Positions 18,007 to 26,682 of a stretch of 51,624 nucleotides of DNA are shown here, piece after piece. Position 1 is the first letter of the stretch. Each line of letters opens with the position of its first letter. Source of the stretch: Candidatus Micrarchaeota archaeon (lineage in GTDB: Archaea; Micrarchaeota; Micrarchaeia; Micrarchaeales; CABMGC01); NCBI GenBank assembly GCA_028866935.1, contig JAGWHH010000001.1, forward strand, positions 1 to 51,624. The letters are read 5' to 3'. The notes under the pieces are model-generated. The model ran no database searches and was not told the origin of the DNA. It saw nothing but the letters and a program-made list of their open reading frames with translations. Position numbers and translations under genes: made by a program.

Positions 18007-19002
18007 CTAAGCGTCTTTGCTTTTCTGGAATTCTCGCACGAGTTCAAGAGCTCCCTCCTTTATGTCAATTGAAGGCTTGAAGCCAAGCTCATTCCTTATC
18101 TTGCCTATATCTATTACGCGGTTTGACATAAGGAACCTAAGCTCGTCGCTGTCTATGTTCCTGTTCTTTGCCATAAGCCTTACTATTATTGGGCTTATAT
18201 GCCTTGATGGCCGCTCTACTTTCATAATGTCTGCGACCATGTTGAACATCTCTTGAAGAGTATACTTCCTGCCGTCGCTGAGGTTATAGATGCTTCTGCT
18301 GTTGTTGTGCTTCTGATCCGCAAGCAGGTACGCCCTTACCACATCATCTATGTGTATGAGCGAGAGTGAATTGTTCCCGCTTCCTATTACGTAAGCCTTG
18401 CCCTCCTTTATCGCCTTGAATACCTTGAAGTAAGAAGCAGAAAACTCATTTCCATAAATCGCCGCCATCCTGAAGATAGTGTAATCTATCCTGTCTGCGT
18501 ACTTCTCAATCTCTTTCTCCGCAAGCATCTTGCTGTATCCATACTTGTCTGTAGGCTTAAGCTTTGAGTCCTCTGTAAGTACGTCATTACGGTTGTTACC
18601 GTAAACGTCCACTGTGCTTGCAAATACGACATGCCCGATGCCATTTTGTCTGCATGCCTCAAGCACATTCGTAGTGCCCTCAACGTTTACCCTTACTATC
18701 TCTTCTGTGTGCGCTTTGTATTCGCTGACTATCGCAGCAAGATGAAATACAACATCAACTCCATGCAGCGCATCATTAAGCAGCTTCTTGTTAGTTATGT
18801 CTCCGATGTAAGGAACTACTCCTCCAGGTATCCTGTTCACGAAATCCTTCCTTAGAGAAAGAGTACGGACTTCATACCCGTCGCGCTGCAGGGCCCTGAC
18901 AAGATTCCTTCCAAGCCTGCCGTCTGCGCCTGTAACAAAGGCAGTCCTTCCCCTCCCATTCTTCTTGAAGCTAAAAGCAGGTGCGGCTTTGTTCAATGCC
19001 AT
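18007..19002 (-). CDS. NAD-dependent epimerase/dehydratase (extended SDR)
   Basis: Rossmann motif FVTGADGRLGRNLVRAL and catalytic YGYSK (YxxxK). 331 aa. The start abuts the stop of the upstream ORF (19002/19003). Confidence 0.7.
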   Translation of the reverse strand: MALNKAAPAFSFKKNGRGRTAFVTGADGRLGRNLVRALQRDGYEVRTLSLRKDFVNRIPGGVVPYIGDITNKKLLNDALHGVDVVFHLAAIVSEYKAHTEEIVRVNVEGTTNVLEACRQNGIGHVVFASTVDVYGNNRNDVLTEDSKLKPTDKYGYSKMLAEKEIEKYADRIDYTIFRMAAIYGNEFSASYFKVFKAIKEGKAYVIGSGNNSLSLIHIDDVVRAYLLADQKHNNSRSIYNLSDGRKYTLQEMFNMVADIMKVERPSRHISPIIVRLMAKNRNIDSDELRFLMSNRVIDIGKIRNELGFKPSIDIKEGALELVREFQKSKDA

Positions 19003-19794
19003 TTAGATGGCCTCCTCCTTAAGTAGTTTTGATGCAATGAACCTCATATACCCTTCTGGTACGTTGTTCATTGCGTATTTTACCCAGTCCTTGCCAAATG
19101 GGACCAGTATGCTTACCTTTGCTCCCTTCTTCTGTATTTTCTTTATCTTGCCCTTCCCATATCCGTATCCGAATTCATAAACCACATCGCTTTTCTGCTT
19201 CTGCTTTATGACTTTCCAGAAAAGGTCTTCAGGCATCGAGGATACAACAAGATTGCCAACGTTCTTCTTTACTGAAGAAAGTGTCTTTGCAACTTCCTGG
19301 GGATCATCAACATTGTAATCTTTAAATGAGAGTTTTAGCGAACCCATCTTGCCATAATCATCAACCCTAAGGGCATCAATGACCAGGCCAACGCCATTAA
19401 GCCTGCTGACCTTTGCTGACAACTGCTTGTTGAGCCCGTCAGGTTCAACCCACAGAAATATTCCATACTTGTTGCATGCATCGGCAATAGTCTTGACATT
19501 ATCAAAAGCAGTCTGTTCATCAATGTCCGAGCCAAGCTGCTCAAGCTGCACATGTATGCTTGACTTTATGCCAGACCTGGCAATCCGCCTAACAAGCTCA
19601 GCGTAAGTTGTTGCATTGTACTTGGCCTTTGACTTATCAAGCACGTTTCCTGTCAGGAATGTTATCGAGGCAGGAACGCTCTCGCCATTGAGCTCCCTAA
19701 CTGCGTCAAGAGCCGAGTCCATTGTGGTGCCTGCAATGTGTTTACGTACGAGTTTGCGTAGAATTCTTTCTACGAAAGGTTCATGCTCCTCCAA
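19003..19794 (-). CDS. Divergent proline dehydrogenase (PRODH)-fold TIM-barrel protein
   Basis: The N-terminus KHIAGTTMDSALDAVRELNGESVPASITFL and the C-terminus YEFGYGYGKGKIKKIQKKGAKVSILVPFGKDWVKYAMNNVPEGYMRF follow the PRODH family pattern (fiaG...LGE ... eFq.LyGm...G..vr.YvPyG..W..Y). Canonical LGE and RLVKGAY elements are degenerate. Confidence 0.45.
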   Translation of the reverse strand: MEEHEPFVERILRKLVRKHIAGTTMDSALDAVRELNGESVPASITFLTGNVLDKSKAKYNATTYAELVRRIARSGIKSSIHVQLEQLGSDIDEQTAFDNVKTIADACNKYGIFLWVEPDGLNKQLSAKVSRLNGVGLVIDALRVDDYGKMGSLKLSFKDYNVDDPQEVAKTLSSVKKNVGNLVVSSMPEDLFWKVIKQKQKSDVVYEFGYGYGKGKIKKIQKKGAKVSILVPFGKDWVKYAMNNVPEGYMRFIASKLLKEEAI

Positions 19795-19880
19795 GGAAAA
19801 CCCTGTATACCTATCTATAAAACTAATGATTTATAATAGGTATATATTATAGCTCAGATAGCTTTATTAACTGGTCAAGC

Positions 19881-21125
19881 ATGCTCACATTATCAAGTTC
19901 AAATGGAACAGGGGGGACCGTAAAGGCATCTCCCGAAGACTTCATTGTAAGGGAGATAACCGCAAAGGGTTTTGCTCTCTCCCTCAACGAAAAGTATGCC
20001 CCAGCGCAGCTGGGCGAGACTGAAAACAAGGAAGGAAAGTTCACTACTTTTGTGCTGCAGAAAAGGAACTGGGAGACTGTCAACGCGCTGATTAAGATAG
20101 CAAAGCTGACCGGCAGGGGAAAGAAGAGCATTGCATATGCAGGAAGCAAAGACAGGCAGTCAGTATCCGTGCAGCTTGCAAGCATATTCGGCATTGAGCC
20201 CGCGCAGATCGCATCAATGAACATAAAAGACATTTCAATAAACGGAGCCTGGAAATCTGACGGAATAGAGCTGGGCAGCAACATCGGGAACGCATTTACA
20301 GTAATAGTAAGGAACTGCGTTGAAGTTGACAATATAGAAAGAATTATTTCAGAGCTTAACGGGAAGGCTCCCAACTACTTCGACAGGCAGAGGTTCGGGT
20401 TAAGGCTCAATAACTTTGCAGTTGGCATGAAGCTGCTCAAGTCAGATTTCAACGGGGCAGTGATGGAATTCCTTACTAATACAAACCTAGAGACAAATGC
20501 AGATGCAGTACGTGCAAGGAGCATGCTTGCACAAAACCCAGACTTCAAGGAGGCGCTACAGTACTTCCCAAGATACCTAAAGCCTGAACGCAGCGTCATA
20601 GAGTACATGGCAAGGTATGACAATTACGCAAATGCAATGAGGAAGCTGCCTAGAGGAATACTATTGATGTTCGTTCATGCAGTACAGTCTGTGATATTCA
20701 ACGCGTCGCTTGAGAGAAGAATAAAGGATCAGGATTTCGAGTCGGAAATAAACTGCAATAAAAATTTCTACGGATTTCCAGATGCAAACGCAGTCAGTGC
20801 ACAGGGAGAATTTGCACTAGGCACCATAGTAGGATATGATACAAAACCAGAGAGGATCAGCGAATTCGAGAAAGAAATAATGGAGAAGCTCGAACTTAAG
20901 ACAGAAGACTTCAAGATAAAGTCAATGCCGGAACTCTCGCTCAGAGGTTCTTTAAGGACACTGATGATGCCGATCAAGGACCTTTCATACAAGACAGAAA
21001 ATAAGGATGCAACTATTAGTTTTTCAATTCCAAGCGGCTCTTATGCAACTATACTTATCAATGAAGTGACAAAGTCGGACACTTTGACCATAAGGGAGAT
21101 TACACGCCCTAGCCAAGTGTTCTGA
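19881..21125 (+). CDS. truD: tRNA pseudouridine synthase TruD/Pus7 family
   Basis: Motifs PEDFIVREI, the catalytic YAGSKDRQSVSVQ (GxKD motif) and NYFDRQRFG. 414 aa. Confidence 0.85.
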   Translation: MLTLSSSNGTGGTVKASPEDFIVREITAKGFALSLNEKYAPAQLGETENKEGKFTTFVLQKRNWETVNALIKIAKLTGRGKKSIAYAGSKDRQSVSVQLASIFGIEPAQIASMNIKDISINGAWKSDGIELGSNIGNAFTVIVRNCVEVDNIERIISELNGKAPNYFDRQRFGLRLNNFAVGMKLLKSDFNGAVMEFLTNTNLETNADAVRARSMLAQNPDFKEALQYFPRYLKPERSVIEYMARYDNYANAMRKLPRGILLMFVHAVQSVIFNASLERRIKDQDFESEINCNKNFYGFPDANAVSAQGEFALGTIVGYDTKPERISEFEKEIMEKLELKTEDFKIKSMPELSLRGSLRTLMMPIKDLSYKTENKDATISFSIPSGSYATILINEVTKSDTLTIREITRPSQVF

Positions 21126-21196
21126 TACTCTGGTTTTTGCCTGCGCTACATTTAAGAATGAGAAAACTTAGCGTAAAATGATTAATTGGTAACTCT

Positions 21197-21814
21197 ATGG
21201 CCGCAAAAAGAAAGATTTTGGAAATAGGTCACGGCGGGACACCATTAGGAATGGACTTTAGAAAATTTGTGGAGGTTGTGCCTAGCCATATTGAATACCA
21301 CGGTATCGATTCTTGTTTCATAACCCCAAGAGCAGCAATTGAGCCTTTCCGCATGCCGACAGCGCTCGAAGAACGTATCTTCGAGGCCGAAAAGTTTCAT
21401 TATGAATTGAAGCCTGATAATGTCGAATTATACCGCATGGATGGAAAGCGCATCATGTTTCCAAGTTCCACTTTCGATGAAATTCACATGCATTATCTCC
21501 TCTCAGATCCGATACTTAGGCATGCAAACGGCGATTCGATACCTCAAATATTGAGGGAAACAAAAAGGGTACTCAAAGATGACGGAGTGCTAATAGTAAG
21601 CGACCTAAGGCTCCCATATCTATTCGACGAAGAGCCGCAGGAAACGTTCATACCAAGAATGCTCGAAGCTGCAGGATTTTCAGTAACTTACGATGAAGGT
21701 GAGCTGAAGAAGGCGACGGCATTCTACGGATTCATTGAAGGCAATACAAAAGTTATTGCACTCCTCCAAGGAGACATAAACGATAGGCTAATGCTTCTGG
21801 CAAGGAAGGAGTGA
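21197..21814 (+). CDS. Putative class I SAM-dependent methyltransferase-like protein
   Basis: Motif I-like ILEIGHGGTP, then FDEIHMHYLL, and post-II VLKDDGVLIVSD. 205 aa. Weak call. Confidence 0.35.
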   Translation: MAAKRKILEIGHGGTPLGMDFRKFVEVVPSHIEYHGIDSCFITPRAAIEPFRMPTALEERIFEAEKFHYELKPDNVELYRMDGKRIMFPSSTFDEIHMHYLLSDPILRHANGDSIPQILRETKRVLKDDGVLIVSDLRLPYLFDEEPQETFIPRMLEAAGFSVTYDEGELKKATAFYGFIEGNTKVIALLQGDINDRLMLLARKE

Positions 21815-21820
21815 CTTACA

Positions 21821-21897
21821 GATACGCCGGGACTGGAATTTTCCAAACCTTTGACTGACTTTTTCAAAAGTTTATTTGAACTCAGAATAGCCCTGAT
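21821..21897 (-). repeat. Degenerate partial copy of the tRNA-Ser(CGA) 3' part (3' acceptor strand, T arm with its 36-nt intron, part of the variable arm)
   Basis: Aligns by eye at roughly 85% identity with 22839..22914. The first 16 nt (gatacgccgggactgg) are identical. T-stem pairing is broken (CTGAG/TCCAG) and no 5' tRNA half lies upstream. Confidence 0.8.
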
Positions 21898-21957
21898 TGC
21901 TAAGCATTTTGGAATAATATTATATATCAGACAAACTGACGAGATTGTAGTGAATCC

Positions 21958-22788
21958 ATGCAGTTTATGACTAAGCGTTCTGCTGATGCCGAATTAAAGG
22001 AAACTGTTAGGGTGTACTTAATACACGATGCTAATAATATCGGTCAAGCCGTAAGGCTATTACGAGAGGATTTTCCTATGACTCAAGTCAGGCTCGCGGC
22101 ACTTGTAGGCGTGACTTCTTCAACTATTTCTCGCATAGAACGTGGACACGAGCCAGGATCTAAAACACTGCTCAGAAAAATAGCTGATCAATTGGACGCT
22201 ATGGAAGCTCAGCGGGAAAAATTAATTGAACTTCACGGCGCTTTTATCCCAACTAAGCCTAGCATGGATACAGAACTTGGGGATAGATTAAGGAAACTGA
22301 GAGAAAGCAGGGGATTTTCAAAGAAACGTTTATCAAAAGAGTCAGGAGTAAGCGTTAGGCACATCCAGAAAATAGAATATCACGAAAGAGGAATTTCCCC
22401 TGAGTTAATGAAGACGCTTTTAAATACAATGGCTGTAGAAGGCAATGAGCGCACAAAACTGCTTGGTCTGGCCACATCGGATCCAAGAGATGTTAGGAGC
22501 AAGGGTTCCCAGAAGGAGCTCGGAAAGGTCATTAGAGCAATAAGGAAAAAGGCAGGCCTGAAGCAAAAGGAATTTGCAGAAAGGATAGGGGTCTCACAGG
22601 CCAAGGTGTGTAACATGGAGCTAAAGAATGATGGCATATCTAGAGTGATATTCAACCGAATTGTAGCGGCTTTGAATCCTGATGATGAACTTAAGGAAAG
22701 ACTATCAAAATGTATCCTTCCAGGCAAGGAAACGAGAAGTACTGGTGCTAGTCTTATGATCGAACTTCATGGGCGCTCTTACGATTAA
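21958..22788 (+). CDS. Protein with three tandem XRE-type helix-turn-helix domains
   Basis: Three HTH units are visible: TQVRLAALVGVTSSTISRIERG, SKKRLSKESGVSVRHIQKIEYH and KQKEFAERIGVSQAKVCNMELK. 276 aa. Confidence 0.7.
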   Translation: MQFMTKRSADAELKETVRVYLIHDANNIGQAVRLLREDFPMTQVRLAALVGVTSSTISRIERGHEPGSKTLLRKIADQLDAMEAQREKLIELHGAFIPTKPSMDTELGDRLRKLRESRGFSKKRLSKESGVSVRHIQKIEYHERGISPELMKTLLNTMAVEGNERTKLLGLATSDPRDVRSKGSQKELGKVIRAIRKKAGLKQKEFAERIGVSQAKVCNMELKNDGISRVIFNRIVAALNPDDELKERLSKCILPGKETRSTGASLMIELHGRSYD

Positions 22789-22842
22789 AGCCCCAAATTG
22801 CTTCTCGAACTGCTCAAATCGCCAGAAAGATAGGAAATGATA

Positions 22843-22977
22843 CGCCGGGACTGGGATTTTCCAAACTTTTGACCAAACTCTTCAAAAGTTTATTTGAACC
22901 CAGAAGGCCCGAAGGCCACCAGATCTCGAGTTTCGCCAAATAATTTCTGGCGCGATACCGGATTCTGCCATCCCGGC
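22843..22977 (-). tRNA. tRNA-Ser (anticodon CGA) with two non-canonical introns (about 15 nt at the anticodon stem/loop junction, about 36 nt in the T-loop)
   Basis: The minus strand reads GCCGGGA-TG-GCAGAATCCGGTATCGC-G-CCAGA-[AATTATTTGGCGAAA]-CTCGAGA-TCTGG-TGGCCTTCGGGCCTT-CTGGG-TTCAAAT-[AAACTTTTGAAGAGTTTGGTCAAAAGTTTGGAAAAT]-CCCAG-TCCCGGC-G. The acceptor (7 bp), anticodon (5 bp) and T (5 bp) stems are perfect. A long variable arm (GGCC-TTCG-GGCC) and discriminator G fit class II tRNA-Ser. The D stem has one A-C mismatch. A TATA-like CTTTTATC sits about 21-28 nt upstream. Confidence 0.75.
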
Positions 22978-23018
22978 GCAGTAATTAAAAGCTTGCTGAT
23001 AAAAGTAATAAATACCTG

Positions 23019-24602
23019 TTGCAGCACAAAGATAATATCATTGATAAAATGCCTAATCTGATTAAGCGATCCTCACTCAGGCTAATCGTACTAGTAGTAT
23101 TCGTAATCATGGCCATATCCGGTCTTCTCTTCTCGCTTTATCTGATCTATTTCGGCGCACATGACCTTTACACTTATGCACTTGCGGCAATGTTCATCAT
23201 TCTTTCCCTGATATCTGGGTTCTTCAACGTCTTTATAGCCTATTCATATTACAGATCCGCATTCTATGACGAATATCTTGAAGGCATAAAAAAGAAGCTC
23301 AAGCCAATTGCATTTTACCCTACAGTGGCAGTAGCAATGCCTGTATTTAATGAAAATGTAGAGATGGTAAAGAGGAACCTCTCAAGGCTTAAGACGATAA
23401 ACTATCCCGCTGAAAAACTCCATTTCTACCTTCTTGATGATTCCACAAAGGAAGACACCTTAAAGGAACTCAAGTCATTTGCAAAGTCAAATGGCATAAC
23501 GTACCTACACAGGGAAAACAGGAAGGGATTCAAGGCAGGCGCGCTAAACAACATGCTAAAACACTCAAAGGAGGAGTTTATTGCAGTCTTTGACTATGAT
23601 GAATACCTTACTGACCAGAACTTCCTTACAGATCTTCTTCCTTACTTCCAGGACTCAAAACTATCTTACCTACAGACCGAAAAGAGGTATTTCAAGGGAT
23701 CTTTCTTCTCAGACACCGTAGACCTTTTCGATGCGTTCTTCTTCAAGTTCGTTCAGCCATCAAGGGCGCTAAACAACACTGCGATATTTGCAGGTTCATG
23801 CGGCCTTATAAGACGGGCTGCAATCAACAAGGTCGGCGGATTCCCAGAATACGTGATAGAGGATACCTTTTTCAGCCTTGAATCAGACCTCCATAACTAT
23901 ACAAGCCTGTACATACCGCAGGTATATGCGTATGGAAAGCCTGTTGCAACATTCACAGAGCTTGTAAAACAGCAGTGGAGATACAACTATGGCGATACAC
24001 AGTTCATGATGTATTACTTTAGTAGGATCAAGGACAAGAAGGTAAAGAAGCACTCGCTTCTATCCACTATAGACTACATAACACACGGCCTTGGCCTTAA
24101 CTATGTCTCTGTAATGCTGATAATGTTCACGCTCATGTCTGCACTTCTTGTCTTTGTTGCCGCGCCTCCATCTCAGGTTACAATAACGCAGCTCCTTGAG
24201 GCAAAGTACATTGCAACTACCATGGAAATAATGGGTATATGCACCCTTGTACTCTCTATACTCGCTCCAGCCATCCTTACAAAGATACACTTCAAGTCTA
24301 TACGAAAGGGATTCATGGTATTCTTCCTAAACTTTGCGCTGTCAATGACAAGGACACGCGCTGCAGTGTCTGCATACCTTAACTCCTCTCCATCATACGG
24401 ATGGGTCAAAGACGGTAAGAACGTCAATGGCAGGGTCAGCAGGACCTTCAAGAGATCTATATCAGAAGTGACTTTCTCTTCAGTATTGCTTATACTTAGT
24501 GTATTTGCCTTCATAATAAACAATGTATATGGCGCTGCGTGGCTGCTCTGGTACGGCATGCTCTACGCAAGCACATTCATCTTATTCTACAAATACGGCT
24601 AA
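23019..24602 (+). CDS. Family 2 glycosyltransferase, processive cellulose/chitin-synthase-like, multi-pass membrane
   Basis: N-terminal TM pair, then GT2 motifs VAVAMPVFNE, LLDDST, FDYDE (DxD) and QQWRY (QxxRW). C-terminal TM helices follow. The tracked start is TTG 23019; ATG 23049 (MPNLIKRSS) is more likely. Confidence 0.75.
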   Translation: MQHKDNIIDKMPNLIKRSSLRLIVLVVFVIMAISGLLFSLYLIYFGAHDLYTYALAAMFIILSLISGFFNVFIAYSYYRSAFYDEYLEGIKKKLKPIAFYPTVAVAMPVFNENVEMVKRNLSRLKTINYPAEKLHFYLLDDSTKEDTLKELKSFAKSNGITYLHRENRKGFKAGALNNMLKHSKEEFIAVFDYDEYLTDQNFLTDLLPYFQDSKLSYLQTEKRYFKGSFFSDTVDLFDAFFFKFVQPSRALNNTAIFAGSCGLIRRAAINKVGGFPEYVIEDTFFSLESDLHNYTSLYIPQVYAYGKPVATFTELVKQQWRYNYGDTQFMMYYFSRIKDKKVKKHSLLSTIDYITHGLGLNYVSVMLIMFTLMSALLVFVAAPPSQVTITQLLEAKYIATTMEIMGICTLVLSILAPAILTKIHFKSIRKGFMVFFLNFALSMTRTRAAVSAYLNSSPSYGWVKDGKNVNGRVSRTFKRSISEVTFSSVLLILSVFAFIINNVYGAAWLLWYGMLYASTFILFYKYG

Positions 24603-24615
24603 ACATGGCGGTACA

Positions 24616-24924
24616 ATGATATTCTTCAATGAATTCGACACTGCAAAGGGAAAGATGATAGCAATGTGCGATGAGGAGCTTATGGGCAAGGTGCTAAAGG
24701 AAGGCAAGATAGAGATAAACCTCAAGCAGTATGGTGGGTTCTACAAGGGAGACCTGCTTACAGAGGACGATGTCAAATCAAAGATAAACAAGTCTGTATA
24801 TTCTGCCAACGTGGTAGGGAACAGGTCAGTCAAGATACTCAAGGACGCTGGTCTGATAAAAGATGCAGATGTCCGGTCTGTACAGGGAGTAAAGTATGTG
24901 CACCTGTTCAGGATAATGAAATAG
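24616..24924 (+). CDS. Small conserved archaeal protein, DUF424-like
   Basis: The 102-aa core is MIFFNEFDTAKGKMIAMCDEELMGKVLKEGKIEINL...FYKGD...ANVVGNRSV. The tracked ORF start 24523 overlaps the GT2 gene, so ATG 24616 is used. Confidence 0.5.
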   Translation: MIFFNEFDTAKGKMIAMCDEELMGKVLKEGKIEINLKQYGGFYKGDLLTEDDVKSKINKSVYSANVVGNRSVKILKDAGLIKDADVRSVQGVKYVHLFRIMK

Positions 24925-25110
24925 CTTATACTTAAACTTAAACGCAAATTTGCACCGAACCAGGCTTTCCTCCTAAAGAAATAGACTCTTCTTTACAAGC
25001 TAAATAATCGCCAAGTCTAACAAGGTCACATTATAACAGACTTCCAGACCTAAGTTGCTCAAAAAGTTAAGTTTAAGTATCAGGAAACTAGTAAATGCTA
25101 CTGTGGTGAT

Positions 25111-25938
25111 GTGAGAATATTAAGGCGAAGAAATGCAGGTCCAAAGGCCGATCCCGAGGAGGAAGCCATATACAAAGACATGATAGCAGGCAACTATGAT
25201 CTTGCCATGACGCGTACCTTTACTTCTGAAGAGAAAGAAAAAGTTGACAGAGCTGTAAAAAGGGCGATTCGAAAGAACTGGGATACGCTCAGTTATCATA
25301 ATCCACATCAACTTAGAGCTAATTTAAAAAACAGAGGTATCATGGAATATGATCCTGAATTGGTAAAGGACACTATCATAGAGATGATAAGTGACGGACT
25401 ATGCAAGGTAGAAAAACCAATTGAAATATATGATTTGAAGCTGAGAGAATTCGCTTCGGCTTTCGAGATACGCACTAACGATCCAAGAATCGAATCTGCT
25501 GCGCTTGATCTGATAAAGAAGTCCTTGCTTTCTACTGACATGAGCGTGATCAAATTACTGCTTGAGCACGTTGATGTTTCAAAAGACAAGATTGGCGAAG
25601 TGATATTAGAATACGAACCCGAACTTAGCAAGAGGAAGGGCTTATACGATCCAGTAAAGATTGCAGAGCAACTTGGAGTGTCTAAGTCAGTGATAGAAGA
25701 AATAGCTCTTCGATATCATAACAAATTGCTTGGAGAGGGGAATAGTATAGGTGCAGCAATTACGGGCAGGGATGCAAAAGTCCCCGAAGATCAGACCACT
25801 CTTGATGCTTATCAAAGGTTGTTGGACAGTGGAGACTATAAGGGCGCCAGGAGGTTAATTATTGAGTCCTCTATCTTAACGCCAGCAGATAGGATAGAGC
25901 TTATAGAGGCTGCAATAAACCTTGAAAGGCGCGAATGA
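25111..25938 (+). CDS. Hypothetical helical protein
   Basis: 275-aa ORF with a GTG start as tracked and charged helical composition. No family recognised. Confidence 0.4.
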   Translation: MRILRRRNAGPKADPEEEAIYKDMIAGNYDLAMTRTFTSEEKEKVDRAVKRAIRKNWDTLSYHNPHQLRANLKNRGIMEYDPELVKDTIIEMISDGLCKVEKPIEIYDLKLREFASAFEIRTNDPRIESAALDLIKKSLLSTDMSVIKLLLEHVDVSKDKIGEVILEYEPELSKRKGLYDPVKIAEQLGVSKSVIEEIALRYHNKLLGEGNSIGAAITGRDAKVPEDQTTLDAYQRLLDSGDYKGARRLIIESSILTPADRIELIEAAINLERRE

Positions 25939-26039
25939 AACAAACCCTCGTTTGTCAATAAATTAAATCCTTAACATTTTGCAGACAAGCAATATTCAGC
26001 CTTTGTTAAGGTATCTTATTGCCCCAGAATAATCCTGTG

Positions 26040-26390
26040 TCATGAGCCTTCTTTATCCTTCAGGTTTATGAGTGCTGCAGCTATGTCTCCGTTGGCCTGT
26101 TCAAGAGCTATTCTTGCCTTCTCAGGATCATCTATCCCTGACTTCTCCATGAATAGCTTAATGTCGTCATCGTCTATCTGGACCTTCACCTTGTCTACCT
26201 CCTTTATGTCTCCTTGTATCTGGAATGATACGCTCCCTTTGGCATCTATCTTAGTCACTTGGGGGTTCTCAACTATGATGTCCATGTCCGCCCCTTCTAT
26301 GACTACTCTGCTTGCATCTAATTCAGTGCTCTTGATACCCATGCTGTCCATTATGCGCTTTAGCTGCCTTGGGTCAATATTGGGCATCAT
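26040..26390 (-). CDS. nac: Nascent polypeptide-associated complex protein (archaeal NAC, NAC + UBA domains)
   Basis: MMPNIDPRQLKRIMDSMGIKSTELDASRVVIEG and the rest of the NAC beta-barrel are present. The C-terminal UBA-like segment is PEKARIALEQANGDIAAALINL. 116 aa. Confidence 0.85.
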   Translation of the reverse strand: MMPNIDPRQLKRIMDSMGIKSTELDASRVVIEGADMDIIVENPQVTKIDAKGSVSFQIQGDIKEVDKVKVQIDDDDIKLFMEKSGIDDPEKARIALEQANGDIAAALINLKDKEGS

Positions 26391-26621
26391 AATAATCAGT
26401 ATATAATATACAGGATAAGATTTAAAACCTTAAATTACCAATTAGCAAGCAACCCCTAGAGCCTGTCACCCATGTCATTTAACGAACAACACAGAAACCG
26501 CACATACATCCAAAATAAACCGAATAATGCTTTTCGTCGAACCACTTCGTCTTTAGAAGAAGTGGCATATAACAAAAGACGAACTTTTGCATTTAATATA
26601 CATATTAAAAGTAAAACAAAT

Positions 26622-26638
26622 AGAAAGCCTTTAAATAG
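26622..26638 (+). promoter_or_regulatory. BRE/TATA-like promoter of the S-layer gene
   Basis: agaaagcctttaaatag lies about 45-60 nt upstream of ATG 26683. A GGTGA Shine-Dalgarno-like element lies at 26677..26681. Confidence 0.5.
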
Positions 26639-26682
26639 TTAACTTCGAAGTCCATATCACATAGAATACTAAGTGTGGTGAA

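Noticed and set aside
24523-24615. N-terminal extension of the DUF424-like ORF
   Set aside because: The extension overlaps the last 80 nt of the GT2 gene in another frame and is Ala/Ser/Cys-rich junk. ATG 24616 gives the conserved-looking N-terminus.
26068-26406. 112-aa plus-strand ORF opposite the NAC gene, and the many minus-strand ORFs inside the S-layer gene (26838..29663)
   Set aside because: These are antisense shadows of strongly supported genes, and none has recognisable motifs.
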